Assembly (NCBI GenBank): GCA_963575745.1
Contig: CAUYUJ010000002.1
Coordinates: 1,426,001-1,490,000, forward strand
DNA: 64,000 bases
Source: Prorocentrum cordatum
Taxonomy: Eukaryota
Direction: 5' to 3'
The position numbers and the translations under genes were made by a program. Shown one piece after another: positions 13,201 through 26,054 of the stretch (positions are counted from its first letter, which is position 1; every line of letters starts with the position of its first letter). The notes beneath the pieces are model-generated. The model searched no databases. It was not told the DNA's origin and saw nothing but the letters and a program-made list of their open reading frames with translations.

Positions 13201-13899
13201 CTCCCTGACCTCGCCGAACGTAGGCGTCGGGGTCACTCGCCATTCTCGGCGGGCTACTGGATGTCGACCTCCTTGAACTCGGCCCCAGGCGGGGGCGGGC
13301 CCAGACCACCCCCTCGCCAAGGCTTCGAAGGTCACCAGAAGGGTCGGAGGGGGCCGCCCCAGGCAAAGCCCCTGGGCCGAGGCGCCAGGCCTCGCGGCGC
13401 ATTGGCGAGGGCGCGGAGGACCACCCATCCTGCGGAGCGGCGCTCGACGGTCGTTGAAATCCCACCAGCCTTCTGGGCAAAGGTGATATAACGAGATATC
13501 TCTTCACTCCTCCCAAAAACATATTTTCCCGACGGGGGGGGGGGTACCCCTCCCCCCACCCCTCCCCTGGACTTTTGCTTGGGGGCCCACGAGGTGTCAA
13601 ACCGCCCCCAGAACGGCCTCGGCGAGGAAGCCAAAAACACTGGCTCCACTGAGGTTTCGGACCATTTTGGCTTCTCTTAGGAGGGGCGAACTTTATCCCG
13701 CCAGCCCTCCGGGCGCCCAAACTATTAGTTTTACTGAGGCCTCGGCCCCATGTCGTCGGCCTCGTTGGGGGGGGGGGGGCGCCGGCGTCTGTCACGCCGC
13801 CCCGTTGGGCTTCCAAATCATCGTGCGTCGCTGAGGTCTCGGCCCCATGTTGACCGCTTTGGGGGGGGGGGGGGCTGGGCGTCGCGCCATCCCCCCCTT

Positions 13900-14310
13900 C
13901 GATCGACGGCCTTCAAGATGGCCCCGAGAGGCCTTCCAAGGCCCCCAACAGGACCCCAAGAGAGCCCCAGGAGAGCCCCGATACCCCTGAAAGAGCCCCG
14001 ACTGAGCTCCAATACCCTCCCAAAGAACCCCAGGAGAGCTCCAAGACGCGATATTGAAGGCTCCTGGGAGCGGGCCGAAATCGAGGGCCCCCCATCTTTT
14101 GACCGACGCCCCCCTAGATGGCCCCAACAGGCCTTCCAGGGCACCAGCCGCAGCACCAGCAAAGGCAGCAGCAGCGTCAGCAGCACCAGCAGCAGCAGCA
14201 TCACCAGGGATCGCACTCTTTGGATCCCCCCACCATCCCCTCGTCTTCCCCCCCTCTTCCCCTCGCCCCCGCGCGGCCCCCCGGGATGGCCCGAGAAGGT
14301 CTTCCAAGGC
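13900..14310. repeat. CCAAGA-rich dispersed repeat (same family at ~18170-19050, ~24740-25350, ~30790-30903)
   Basis: Recurring ccccaagag/ccaagacggc motifs. Confidence 0.8.
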
Positions 14311-16764
14311 CACCCTTGCTCCCAGAGATCTCTCGGTTCATCCTGTTTGCTCGCTCTGTTTCCCGACGCGTGTATCTTCGTCCCTTTTCCCGTCATCACC
14401 CGCGGGCAGCGCGTGCGAATGGGCTGGCGGGGATACGCGAATCCGATGAACCCCCCCGCCGCCGCCCGCCCCCCGCTGAGCCGAGCCGCCTGCCAGGCCG
14501 TTCGAAAAGAAGCCGGCGCCGTGGAGGGCGGCGATGTCGAGGGTCGGCGCCGCGACGGCCAGCACCTCGAAAGTTCCTGGAGCCCACCTTGGCCGAACTG
14601 ACCCTGACTGCGGGGCTGCCTGCCTCGCAGCTTGCCCACCGCCCCGATGGCCCTCATCTCGCGCAGCGCAAACGCGAACTGCGACCAAGGCCGCGGCCGC
14701 GATGGCCGCGCGCACGCGCCGCGCGGTGCGTTCGCGACCACTGGGGTGCTAGGAAAACTTTGGGCCGTGGCCTCCGCCGCCTCGAGCGTCGGCCCGTCGC
14801 TTCGACCCGCGCGCTTACTGTAGCCAGTCGCAAGCCGCGCGACACCGATGATATTCCACTTCGCCCGGTGGATCGATCGACCCCGTCGCCTGCGTCGCCC
14901 GCCGCGTCGACATCGACTCGCAGACCAGCGCGCCTGCGGGCGCGGTCGCGGGCGCCGCGTCGGGCACTTCACGACCCGCATTTTCCCTGCCATCGAATGC
15001 CAACCAATGTTCAGCTCGACTGGGCAGCGAGGGGCGAGGTCCCCGCCGTGCGGCACCTTCGCCTCAGCCTCGCCGAATTCGACGCTGCCAACTCAGAAAG
15101 CGACGATCTGCCCTCCTGGACGGCGCGCTCCATCGTCCGGGGCATGAACCTTCAACCTGAGCGCGCCGAAGAACCCCGACAACGCCAGCTCGGGGGGGGG
15201 GCCCTGTTGAAGCCCTCTCCCGCGATGACGGGCTTGCCGTTTTGCATGACTGCGCGGGGGCTACCTGCAGCACCTTGCGATTGAAATCTGAGAGGCCCTC
15301 GCTGACTCTCAGGCACTCGTTGAACCGAGTTACCCCGCCCGGCACGACCCCCGCGAAGCGGGCATCGCTGGCGCGCCCGGGGGGGGAATCGAACCCGCCC
15401 TTGGCCCCGAATGCTCCGAGCCGACGCTCGCGAGGCGCCAGCTGGACTGGGCCGCCGTGGCCGTGGGCGCCGGGCCCCGCTTCAACAGCAGGGCGCGCTT
15501 GCGCGCGCCGCCCCTGATGCGCCAGCTTAGCGGTCACCTCGTTGGCAACCGCGTCGCTGCGCCGCGCCGCGCAGCGCCGCTGGGTCGCCTCGAGTCTGCT
15601 AAGCGCGTCGGCACCGATGGTCAGAGCCGACCATCATGGGCGCCTCCTCGCACTGAACCGCCTAGCTGCGCGCGAGGCCCCGAGGGCGTCGGCAGCGTGC
15701 TCGCGCTCGGCGTCGCCGCGCCCGCGAGCGCCCAACAGGCCACCACGGTCAGCCCAGCCCGTGAAGACATCGAACTTGGCCTCGTCGCTTTCCCGTGGAA
15801 CTGGCCCCTCCGCCGCTGAAGGGCTACCTCCTCCTGCGCCTCCACCTGCGCCTGGCGCGGCTGAGGGCTACTGCGCGGCCAGCTGCTCCGGCGCGCTGGC
15901 GCGCTGCCTCAGCTCGCTGACGACGGGTTGGAGGCCCTTGCGGGAGTCGTCCAGGGAGACGCGCTCGGTTGGAATCGCGGCGAGCTTGGCCGTGAGCTGC
16001 TCTGCGTCGACGCCGCCCGCTGCGCCACCGCGTAGCTCGGCGGCCCCCTGCCTCGCGCGCCCCAGCCCCTGCCCCAGCTTCGCGACATCGACGTCGGCCC
16101 CCGCCGCCGCGGCCAGCGCTTCGACGCCCCCCCCCCCCCCCTTCTTAACGGAGCGGCCCCCCGTATTTGCAGGGAGCGAGCCACCTTTCCCACGGCCTGA
16201 AGAGCTCCGCGCCCGGCGGCGCCCAGTGCCTCAGCAGCAGCAGCGCGCCGAGCGCCCCCAGCCTGGCCTGGCAAGACGTGGACAGGGCGCCCTTGACATT
16301 GATATTCTCGAAGGCCGCTCCTGGACCTCACTGGGGCTGGGCACTGGAGCTAGGCGTGGTCCCCGAGGACGGCCGCCGACTGTCGCCCCCCGAGAGCGAC
16401 CGCGGCCCCCGCTGCTCCTGGTTCCACTGCTTGCCCGCCCGCATGTCGCCAGCGACCCATAACGCGGGGCCAGTCGGCGAGCCCGCGCCCCAGGTTTATC
16501 GGGGCTCGCGAACTGCCCCGCAGTCCACAAATTCAACGGCCTTTGGTGTTGAACCCCCCGCAACTGCACTTCCAGTACTTTGCCGCGACGAGACGCACAA
16601 GATGAGCACCACAAAAGCAACCCAAAACGCGAGGGGGCCTGCCCGACGCACGCAGGGGCGAAGCAACGTATCGAGGGCAAGCCGCGGGCTAGCGGCATCC
16701 AGCTCTTACCCCCCCCCAAAAAAAAACGTACGACCTTGGGCCAGGGTGGCCACGGAGCGACACC

Positions 16765-17460
16765 GAGGCCTTCGGTGGAGCTCCTCACAGGGCCACGACG
16801 CGCGCGCAGAGCGCGCCGAAATGGACGCGCGGTGGGCCAGGGGGGCGCACGCCAACGTTGCCGCGGGAATGTTATGTGGGGCTCCCTGTGGGGCCACAAC
16901 ACGCGTGAGGGTTGCGCCGAAATCGGTGGCAGGGGCGCGCGCAAACTGCGCCACTTGGACATTCGGTGGAGATCCTTCTGGGGCCACGAAACGCGTGAGC
17001 GGTGTGCCGAACAGGGTGGCGGGGGCGCGTGCGAAATGCACCACTAGGACCTCCAGTGAAGCTCCCTATGGGGCCACGAGGAATGTGGGCGGCGTGACGA
17101 AATCGGTGGCGGGACGCGTGCGAACTGCTCGTCTGAAACCTTCGGTAGGCCCGTTCTGGGGTTACGAAACGTGTGAAATTGTGTGGCGAAAGTCGTGGCG
17201 GGGACCCGCGCGAACTGCCCCACTCAGATCTGCGGTGGAGCCCCCCTGCGGGGCCACGACAAGTGTGAAAGGGTGTGCCAACATGGGCTGCTGGGAAACA
17301 TGCGAATTGCGCCACTGGGACTTTCGGTTCAGCGCACGATGGGGCCACGAAGCATATGGACGGCGGAATGGGTAGCGGTGACTCATGCGACTGCGCCACT
17401 AGAACGTCCTGCGGGGCTCCCTTTGGAGCCGCGAAGCGTGTAAGGGGCGTGCCGAAATTG
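16765..17460. repeat. Diverged array related to the 90-bp minisatellite
   Basis: ccttcggtggagctcc...ggggccacgaaacgcgtgag...gtgccgaa motifs at ~90-bp spacing. Confidence 0.8.
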
Positions 17461-18169
17461 ACGAGCGGAAGGCAGAAGGAAACTGATGGGAGGAGGGAGG
17501 AGGCGGAGAAAGGAGGCGCGGGGCGCTGTCTCTTCAAAACGGGGACCCAACTAGGCACAGGATGGTTGGGAATCAAGCGCTCGGCACGTGTAGTTCAAAC
17601 GCGCGCACGCCTCCAAGCGTTATGGGCATGTGCGCGTGTGCTTGCGTCTGCGTCTGCGTCTGCGTCTACGTGCACGTGGGTGTATGCGAACGCGTCCAAG
17701 CGCGTGCGAGTGCGCGCTTATGCGCGTGCGCAGGCGTACGTGTACGCGCGTGGAGTGGTACATCGGGTGGAGGGCTACAGATACATGTACAGACCCACCA
17801 ACAGAAACATTAGGTAGGAACGCGGATAAAATAGAACGGGTCCGGGCGCGCCCAAAGCATACCAAACCACAGCAAACTCACATCGGTTCATGACATTTGA
17901 TGACGAATGAAGTAGATCGGGATCTGGACTTCAAAACATATATACTTTCAACAGCCAGCGCCGAACTATATATCAACTGCGCAGGCAGCCAACTACATCC
18001 CCGTGCCCACTGGCACGTTGAGGCGTGCTAGAATGCCTGGTGCTGTCTGGCAGGGGTTCTGCCATTTTCGGAAGACCCCCTCTCGACGCACCCAACCGCG
18101 TGCATCGTCCCCTCCCTTCCCGAGACCAGTGCACAACGCGACAGGCTCGCGCTCCCGATGCCCAGGTGC

Positions 18170-19050
18170 TTCCAAGACTGTCCAACACCGCTCCAGGACG
18201 GCCCGAGAGCCTCAAGACGGCCCAAGATGGCTTCAGGACGAGGCGTCTCAAAGAAGCCCAAAGAGCCTTCCCGAGAGGGCCTCGAGAAGCAACTATCAGT
18301 TTGATCCCGTAGCTTTTGCAACGTTGTTTGGGTTCGCGCCTGTTCGAATTTCTGGAGTCCCAAGTCCACCCAAGAGGCCACCAGGACTGCCCCAAGACGG
18401 CCTCCGAGGCGCCCAGGACGGCTCCAAGACGGCCCACGACGGCCCAAAAGTCCCACCAGAATGCCCAAGAGGGCCCCAAGACGGCCCCACGAAAGACCCA
18501 AGAGGGTGAACACGAATCAACAATCGGAGCCTCCCGCTCCAAGATGGCTCCGGAGGCTCCAAGAGGGCGGCGAAAAGAGGCTCCCCAAGAGGGCCCCCCG
18601 AGAAGCCAATGCCTTTGATTGATCTTTTGAGGTTCTCGCCTTGTCGAGCCTCCGACGCTTCACTCGGGGGCGCGTAAACATGGATTAGCGGTCCATGGAG
18701 TTGGCGCGCGGTCGCCAAATCCATGGATCGGGGGAGGTGCCCTCTCCAAAATGCGGCCGGTGCAGCCTCGTTCGGCGGCGGAAATCAGCGATTTCCCATG
18801 GAAACGGGACCCGTCGCTAATCCACGCCCTTGATCCATGTTTGCGCTCGCCTAATCCAAGACGGCCCAAAAGGCCCCCAAGACTCCCCGCTCAAGAGGCC
18901 TCCAAGAGAGCTCCAAGACGGCCCAAAGATGGCTCCCCAAGACTGCCCAAGAGGGCACCAAGACGGCCCCGAGAAGGGCCAAACGAAGGGCAAAGAGTGG
19001 GGGCACGAGCCACGCATCCGAGCCTTCGGCCCCAAGAGGCCCCCAGCAGG
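18170..19050. repeat. CCAAGA-rich dispersed repeat hosting a MITE
   Basis: Recurring ccaagacggccc. Confidence 0.8.
18664..18854. mobile_element. Degenerate MITE, ~22-bp TIRs, possible degenerate 5-bp TSD (ttcac/tccaa)
   Basis: tcgggggcgcgtaaacatggat versus rc ttaggcgagcgcaaacatggat; interrupts the CCAAGA repeat. Confidence 0.55.
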
Positions 19051-19615
19051 CCCCCCTTTGCCTTCTCGGAGACTTGCCACACAGAAAAGCGGCGGAACTG
19101 CGGGGGGCAGCTGGACAACCAGCAACTGTGCAGGCAGCCGCGCCGTGGGCAAGCACGAATATGCTGCAGCCCTCCGTCGAACGCGCGCTGCCCGCACGAC
19201 CCGACCAGCGGGACAGGACCAGGGGCGGAGGCAACGGCAAGCAGGACGGCGCCACCGAGAGCGGAAACGGCGCGCTCCTGCCCCATGCTCTCCATGTCGC
19301 GAGCCTCTGGCGGGCGGAAACACCCTGCGATTCCTTCCTCCCGTCTTTTTGTTCATCTTGCAGCGTTCCCAGGTTCATCCTGCTTCCTCCTCGCTCCTCC
19401 ACCTACCGCCCTGCCGCCCCCGATCATCAGCCACCATCATTATTCACCAATTCCCCATCTCCCATCACACTCCTCCTCTTCCTCCATCTCAACCTAACCC
19501 TCCCCGTCCGACATATCCTCTCTCTCTCTCTCTCCCTATGTCTCTCTCTCTCTCTCTGTCTGTCTCTTTAGTTATGTCTCTCTCTCTCTCTCACTCTCTC
19601 TCTCTCTCTCAGTCG

Positions 19616-19647
<32 letters not shown>

Positions 19648-20889
19648 CCCTCTTCCTCCTGCTGCTGCTCCCCCCTCTCCTCCTCCTCCTCCTCCTCCTC
19701 CTCCTCCTCCTCCTCCGTGTATGCTTCCTTTCATCTTCCGTCTACTCTACATGCTGCCTATCACGATCATCCTTCAGAACAGCAGCTGCAACAACTGGGA
19801 GCATCACAGCATCACAGCGGCAACCTGCGTAAACGGCCGCAACTGGGAAACCCTGCACAACCTGCGTGAGAAAAGGGGCAGGAGCAACTGTAGAACCCGT
19901 GTTATCAGAGGGGGGCGCCGAGGCCAAGTCATCCCATTTCACTCCCATCTCCCTCCTCCTCCTCACTCCTCCTGCTCCTCCTCGACGTCACCCCATGCTG
20001 CTGCTGCTGCTGCTGCTCCTGCTCACCATCCTCCACCTCATCATCCTCCTACTCCTCGACCTCCCTCCTCTTGCCCCCTCCCAAATCCTGCCGCACCTCC
20101 TCGCCCCCTTCCCCCCCTTCCTCCCCCCGCCCCCTCCCTCCCGCTCCTTGTGCTCCGGGGAGTTGTGGGGAGGGGCAGAGGGGGCGGGGGGCAGGAGAGA
20201 AAAATTGAGTGTCGAATGTAGGAGAGGCTGGGAGGAGGTAGGACGGAAACCTTGCACACCCAGCGCAGCTAATGGACTGAAGAACTACTGTATGCCTGCA
20301 GCGGTCCAGACAAGCTCGAGACTCCAAGTAGGCTTGTGGTGAACATATGCCCTTGCCAATACGATACGCTCAGCAACCTCAAACTGGCCAGCCCACTGAA
20401 ATATGCACCCCGTGCCCGAGGAGAGGGGAGGGGAGGAGCAAAAGGAAGCGAGGGGAGGGCGAGACTCTTCGAAATCCCCGGCCAGCGCGCGACAATCATC
20501 GGCAAGAGCATCGATGGGAAGATGGGGACAGGAAAGGGGGAGGGAAGGGGGAGTGAAGGGGGAGGGAATGAGGGAGGGGACGGGGGAGGCAGAAGGGGAG
20601 GAGGAGAGGGGATACGGTGGGCGAGAGGAGGAAAGGGGCGATGGGGAAGAATAGGAGGAGAGGGGAGGATACGGGGAGGAGAGGGGGAGGGAATGGAGGG
20701 CAGGTAAGGGGAGAGGGAGGCAGGGAGGGGAGGGCCAGGGAGAGGGAGTGAAAAGCGGGGGGCTCTCCATTCGTCCCCCCCACACAAGCACACACCACAC
20801 AACCATGTATCTATGCTACGGGCAGTGGACGTACGAGTGCGATTCCCTAAACAGCGCTTGCACCTAGTTCCCACCTCTTACATACTAAG

Positions 20890-21130
20890 GAGCTGGGCCT
20901 GTCGGCCGGTCTAGCGGCCATGTTGCCGCCGTCGCCGCCCCGTCGCCGCCCCACCGCAAGCCCGTCGCCGCCCGTCGTCTGGGCCTGTCTGTCAGTCTGG
21001 CGGCTATGTTGCCGCCCCGTCGCCGCCCGTCGTCTGGGCGTGTCTGTCGGTCCGGCGGCGCATGTCGTTTGGGCCTGTCCGTCGGTCTGGCGGCTACGTT
21101 GCCGCCGTCACTGCCCCGCCGTCGTCCTAG
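20890..21130. repeat. Degenerate tandem repeat (ccgtcgccgcccgtcgtctgggcctgtc)
   Basis: 4-5 related units. Confidence 0.65.
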
Positions 21131-24100
21131 ATAACCGCGCAGCGTAATCTGCTCCGAATATATTGCACAACAAAGGTTGCACCGCATATGCTGCACCTCA
21201 TAGCTTGCACGTTATATATAGAACCTCATAGACTGCACCACGCGTGTTGCACAACATGTGTTGCACTACACGAGATGCACAATATCCGTTTTCAATTCTA
21301 ACATCTAACAAACCAGGAAAGACCGCACAACCACCCCGAGGACGGGGTCCATCGCGAAGCGCTTCGTCTTGCAATTTGCGAACGGGTGTGCCCCATCGTC
21401 CATCCAAACTATGAATGCGTACGACGCCGGCCAGACCACCATCGACCCCCCACCTTCCCCTACAACAGGATTACGATGCGCGCACAACACTGGGGTATCA
21501 CACATCATGAACTGTCAAAACTCCATTGCAAGAAGGAACGACATACACACGCGCGCGCGCCGTCGCGTACGCAACCCGGAATAGTTCAATAACCGAAAAC
21601 GCCCCCCCCCCCCAACAAAAAAAAACACATGCAACGCCAATGTTCGAACAACAAGCTACACGCACGGCCGCGCGAGCTTCTGTTTTTTTACCGACAAACA
21701 ACAAACAAGTTTTTCCACGTGTTCATCAAATTCGACTTAGCGGGCCCCTCGCGCGCGCATGTCGACAACACTCGAACGCCGTTTGCGCGCGGGCTTGGGG
21801 GGCACGGCCCTTGTCAAGTAACAACATGCGGGCCACTCGCGCGCGTCGGCCTCGCGCGCACGCCGAGCTCCTATATTCTTCATTCAGAAAGCGTATAACA
21901 CCGACGCGAGGGCACCATCGTCATCGGTGCGATCCGCAGAGGCGCCGTCATGGCCTTTGCCGTCGTCCTCGACATCATCGTCACCATAGTCGCTGCTATC
22001 ATCGTGATTACCGCTGTCGGCGTCGCAATGATACGAGACGCGCCAGGAAATGCCCAACGGTCAGCGCCACCGCGGTCGGGTCGGTCGCGCCAAACTAACT
22101 GGCCGCTGTGCGCGCGAGCAAACGCTGGGCTAGTGCAAGCCAAGTTGCGGGTGGGTGGATTTGTGATATGACTGCGCGAGCAGTGGAGTTGACAATTGAC
22201 AACCCCAAACCTTTCAACATCATTACACCCCATCTTCCTCCTCCTCCTCCTCCTCCTCCTCCTCCTCCCCCTCCCCCTCATCCTCATCCTCATCATTTAT
22301 CCTCATCATCATCCTCATCCTCATCATCTTCCTTCTCCTCCTCCTCATCCTCATCATCCTCATCTGTCTCCTCATCTTCCTCTTCCTCATCCTCCTCTTC
22401 CTTGTCAAATACGTTCTGACCATGATGGAACTGAAACCGGCCGTGGCGATGAAATCGCCCGGTGCAAAACAACACTTGCACGAAGAAATCCATAGGAAAG
22501 TATCGAACTTCGAAACCTGTTCTTCCATCGGCGACGGAGGAGGCGGATGGGGAGGGGAAGGAACGCGCGGGCAATCAGAACGGCCCAAGGAGGTCGAGCA
22601 ATCTGGCCACGAGAGGGTGCCACGGCAAAAAGAAATCCCGAAGGACGGCCTGGCAGAATCATTCGAAAACCTTCAGTAGAGAAATGAGGAGGCGGAGCTT
22701 GGAAGTGAGCTGAAGGAGGTGGAGCTTGGAAGTGAGATGAAGGACGGCGTGGCAGAATCATTCGAAAACCTTCAGTAGAGTGGCAGGAGGCGGGAAGGCC
22801 ACGAGAAGGATGGTGAAACAGAGCGTAAGAAGGGCGTGCGAATCAAACTGGAATGGCATTCTGCCCCTTCCCCCTCCTCCCTCATCATTCCGCCCTCCGC
22901 GCTCCTCCTCCTCCTCCTCTTTCTCCCTCTCCTTCCTCTTCCGACTTCGGCTTCGACTCGGACCCCGACTCCGCCTCCCGCTCCTCCTTCCACCCTCCCC
23001 CCCCCGCTCTCTTCCTCCTCCTCCCCCTCCTCCCCCTCCTCCCCCCCTACCCCTCCCCCCCCTCCCCCTCCTCCCCCTCCCCCCCTCCTCCTCCTCCTCC
23101 TCTCCTCCTCTCTTCTTCTTCTTCTCTTCTTCCTCTTCCTCCTCCTCCTCCTCCTCCTCCTCCTCCTCCTCCTCCTCCTCCTCCTCCTCCTCCCCCTCGC
23201 CGAGGGGATGGGAGCACGTAGGCCGCGAGGAAGGGCCGCGGCATGCTACCCCCCCACCGCAGGGCCTGGCAGAGGCAGCCGCCCTTCTCCTTCACGTACG
23301 CGGCGGCCGACACGGGCGTCGCGCAGAACATGTTGTGCTCGGCGCCTGTTGAGCAGGGGCCGACCGTCCCAGCATTCCTATAGGCCTACCACGAATGTTC
23401 TCAGAACTCCAAACAACGTTCGAATAACAAAAACAGCGTTCTTAGAACACAAACCAAATGTGTGAACACAGGTCAGTCTCAGCCAGAAATGTTCTAGAAA
23501 CATTTCGAGCAGACCACAGAAGGTTCTTAGAACACCCTTTACTGAGCATATAGAGGCGAGCCAGGACGCTTCGCCACTGCTTGAGCCTGGCCCCCCCCCC
23601 CGAAAGAGTGGCGCGAGCCGGCCAGAAGCTCGGCCACCTGACGTCGCGCGTCCCGCGCAGATCACGCGCGACGCACGAACATCCTCGCGCCCGTCGCGCC
23701 CCTGCGCCGTCCAGACCCCTGTCAGAGGACATGAACAACGGCGTCAAGCATGAGAGGCCCCAAAGCAACCCAAGAGGCCCCCGAGAGCGCCCCGAAGAGA
23801 CCCGAAGAAGACCCCCTGCGAACTCCGACCCACAATCCAGGCGGGGTGGCGGGATGGGCGGAAGGCCACTGGATAAAGAACAGAGTAAAGCATAAAGCTT
23901 CCAGAGCTCCTCGCGGACTGTTTGGATCGGCGCTGCACCCCCTCCCGTTTGGCGGCGCTTCTGGCGCCGCCCACGGCGCGCTTCGCAAGCCAGGGAGGGG
24001 TGCCCAGCGCCAATTCGAGACATCTGCGCAGGACTCTGTCAGTCTACGTCTTTACCACATGTCCGTAACTAGCCCCCGGAGTGGGGCAGCCGCTCTGGTC

Positions 24101-24739
24101 CCGACCGCGCTGCGCGAAGCACGATCATCTCTGCACACTTTCGGGTGGCCTCGGAACGTAACCACAAGAGTGCAGGCCAAGAACACGAGCCCCCGTCGCG
24201 GAAGGGGCAGCACCCCGTGGGGAGGTCCTGGGCGAAGAACACCCCATGGAGGAGAACCCAGACACAAAAACCCTCAAGGTCCCCCTCAAAAGCCACGGCT
24301 GCTCTTGCTTCACGCGCCAGCTCCACGAAGGCGCTTGATGCCGATCGGGCGCCAGCCGCCCGCCGAAGCAGGAGGAAAAAGGGAGGGCATACCGACTCCT
24401 GAGGCAAGAGTGGGAGGCAAGAGAAGACACCTATGCCGCGACTCCAGAACCTCCCCTGGGGCACCCCGGCTCGAAATTCAACGGGAATTCCGCAGTGGCG
24501 ACGGGGCCTCTCCATGACGAGCGGCGGCATCGGTACATTCCCTTCTCTGAAAAAGGCCTCTTTAACAAAACGACATTTTTTCTGTAAAAAAGATGTGTTA
24601 AAAAACGCGATGCCCACAGCTGCACACGTTTGGGTCCTTCGCCAGGCTAATTTTTCCGATGGGGCTTCGGCCCGTCCCGCCGGTCACCCAGAAGGCCGCA
24701 CCAGGGACCTCAATGTACGGAAAAAAATTGCCCCAATGC

Positions 24740-25350
24740 GGCTCACGATGGCTTTCAAGATCGCCAGGTCGGCCCAAGACGGCCTCCAAGATGCTTCCAA
24801 GACGGCAACGATGGCTTCCAAGACGGCTAAGATGGTCCTAAGATGCCTCCAAGACGGCCCAAGGTGTATCCAAGACGGCCTCAGATAGTATCAAGATGGC
24901 CCGAGGCTGTCCAAGAGGCTCCCAAGAGACCTCCAAGACGGCCCAGTAGGCATTCAAGAGGTTATCCAGGAAGACCCGAGGAGGTCAAAAGCATTGATTG
25001 TCCGTAGATTTTTGAAGGATTTGGGCTTTTGTGCCTCCTAAGGCTTTCCGACGGCCCCAGACGACCCAACAGGCCCCCAAAGTTACCCCAAGATCGCCCA
25101 AGAGATCTCCAAGAAGGCCCTATAACGGACTAAGAGGCCCCCAAGATGGCCCCAAGAGGGCACCAAGACGGCCCAAGAGAGTCTCCAAGACGGCCGTGGA
25201 GCACCCGAAGAGGGCCCCAAGTCGGCCCAGAGAGGCCCTCAAGAAGCCCCAAGAGGCCCCAAGAGGCCCAAAGAAGTCGCAAGAGGCCCCAAGAAGCCCC
25301 CAAGATGCCTCCAAGAGCCCCCCAAGGGGCCCCCACCAGGCCCCGCAACG
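24740..25350. repeat. CCAAGA-rich dispersed repeat
   Basis: Recurring ccaagatggc/ccccaagagg. Confidence 0.8.
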
Positions 25351-25839
25351 ACTGTACGTGCTCCAGACGTGCTCTCCGCGAAGCGAGGGGACTCACCAAT
25401 CGACGTCCAAAGACAAGTGGATGTATCCAGCGAAACGCACGTCCATGAGTAAAACCCACCGGGGACTGCACCAGCACACTCGTATGCCCATGTCGAGTGA
25501 GCCCGTGCAGATGTCGTGTCGACCTGCGTGCGTGGGCGTTCCCTCAGAGCCCGGCACGACGCGGGTGAACGTTTTCTTATTCGGCGTTTCGACATTGGGC
25601 GGAATGGGGAGGTGGGGGGTCTGGCCCGGGACCTCTGCCTAGTGCGACTGCTTGCAGCAGTGCGTCGTGTGGGAGCCTCCGCCTGCTTGAAACAGGCGCC
25701 AAAAACAGTCAAGATCTACCCAATGGGGGGAAAGGAGGAGGAGGAGGAGGAGGAGGAGGCAGAACAGTGGATAAGAAGACGATCACTTGTGTGGTCACCG
25801 CAGGGGGGCCCCCGAGCGATCCGCGGCCCCCCTCCCCCC

Positions 25840-26054
25840 TGAGGGGCAACGATAGGGGGGGGAGTGGCATAGGGGGGGCATGCATCGACATAGAATCGGC
25901 GACACATCGCCGACGGATCGGCGACAGGCCCCCGATAGGGAATCCGCACCTTCCTGGGCGGGTTGGGGCTATCGGGCCCCTATCGGCGATCAATGGGCGA
26001 ATCGGGGTCGACGCATCCCCCCCTATGCCTATCCCCCCCTATCGTTGCCCCTGA
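25840..26054. mobile_element. MITE, ~50-bp TIRs, flanked by CCCCC on both sides
   Basis: tgaggggcaacgatagggggg..ggcatagggggggcatgcatcgac versus rc tcaggggcaacgataggggggataggcatagggggggatgcgtcgac. Confidence 0.85.

Larger units (their letters stand above)
11350..16330 (-). mobile_element. Decayed non-LTR (LINE, APE-RT type) retrotransposon, interrupted by insertions at ~13490-14500
   Basis: APE-like GKPVIAG(x)FNRAP.ELALSGF at ~15170-15240 (frameshifted GGDFN). RT-like fragments at 12400-13200: LDSFRPRELQLLGDEGIEAL...EWP, RLRPVA, SVLLD, LGDAFATALSKAML, NKSRVLAS. Ends are approximate. Confidence 0.6.

Noticed and set aside
13662..13672. Dinoflagellate spliced-leader relic (CCATTTTGGCT); also TTGGCTCAAG at ~52638
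   Set aside because: Only 10-11 nt match, flanks diverge from the SL, and no downstream gene
19770..21500. Unique islands as possible host exons (19770-19910, 20230-20420, 21300-21480; also 26460-26900)
   Set aside because: No recognisable protein motif or consistent splice pattern; cannot be supported without transcript data
22641..22780. 41-bp direct repeat enclosing two 27-bp units
   Set aside because: Looks like an ordinary local tandem duplication; no LTR or TSD features
23550..24515. Possible TIR pair tcgccactgc / gcagtggcga
   Set aside because: Only ~10 bp of clean match and no TSD
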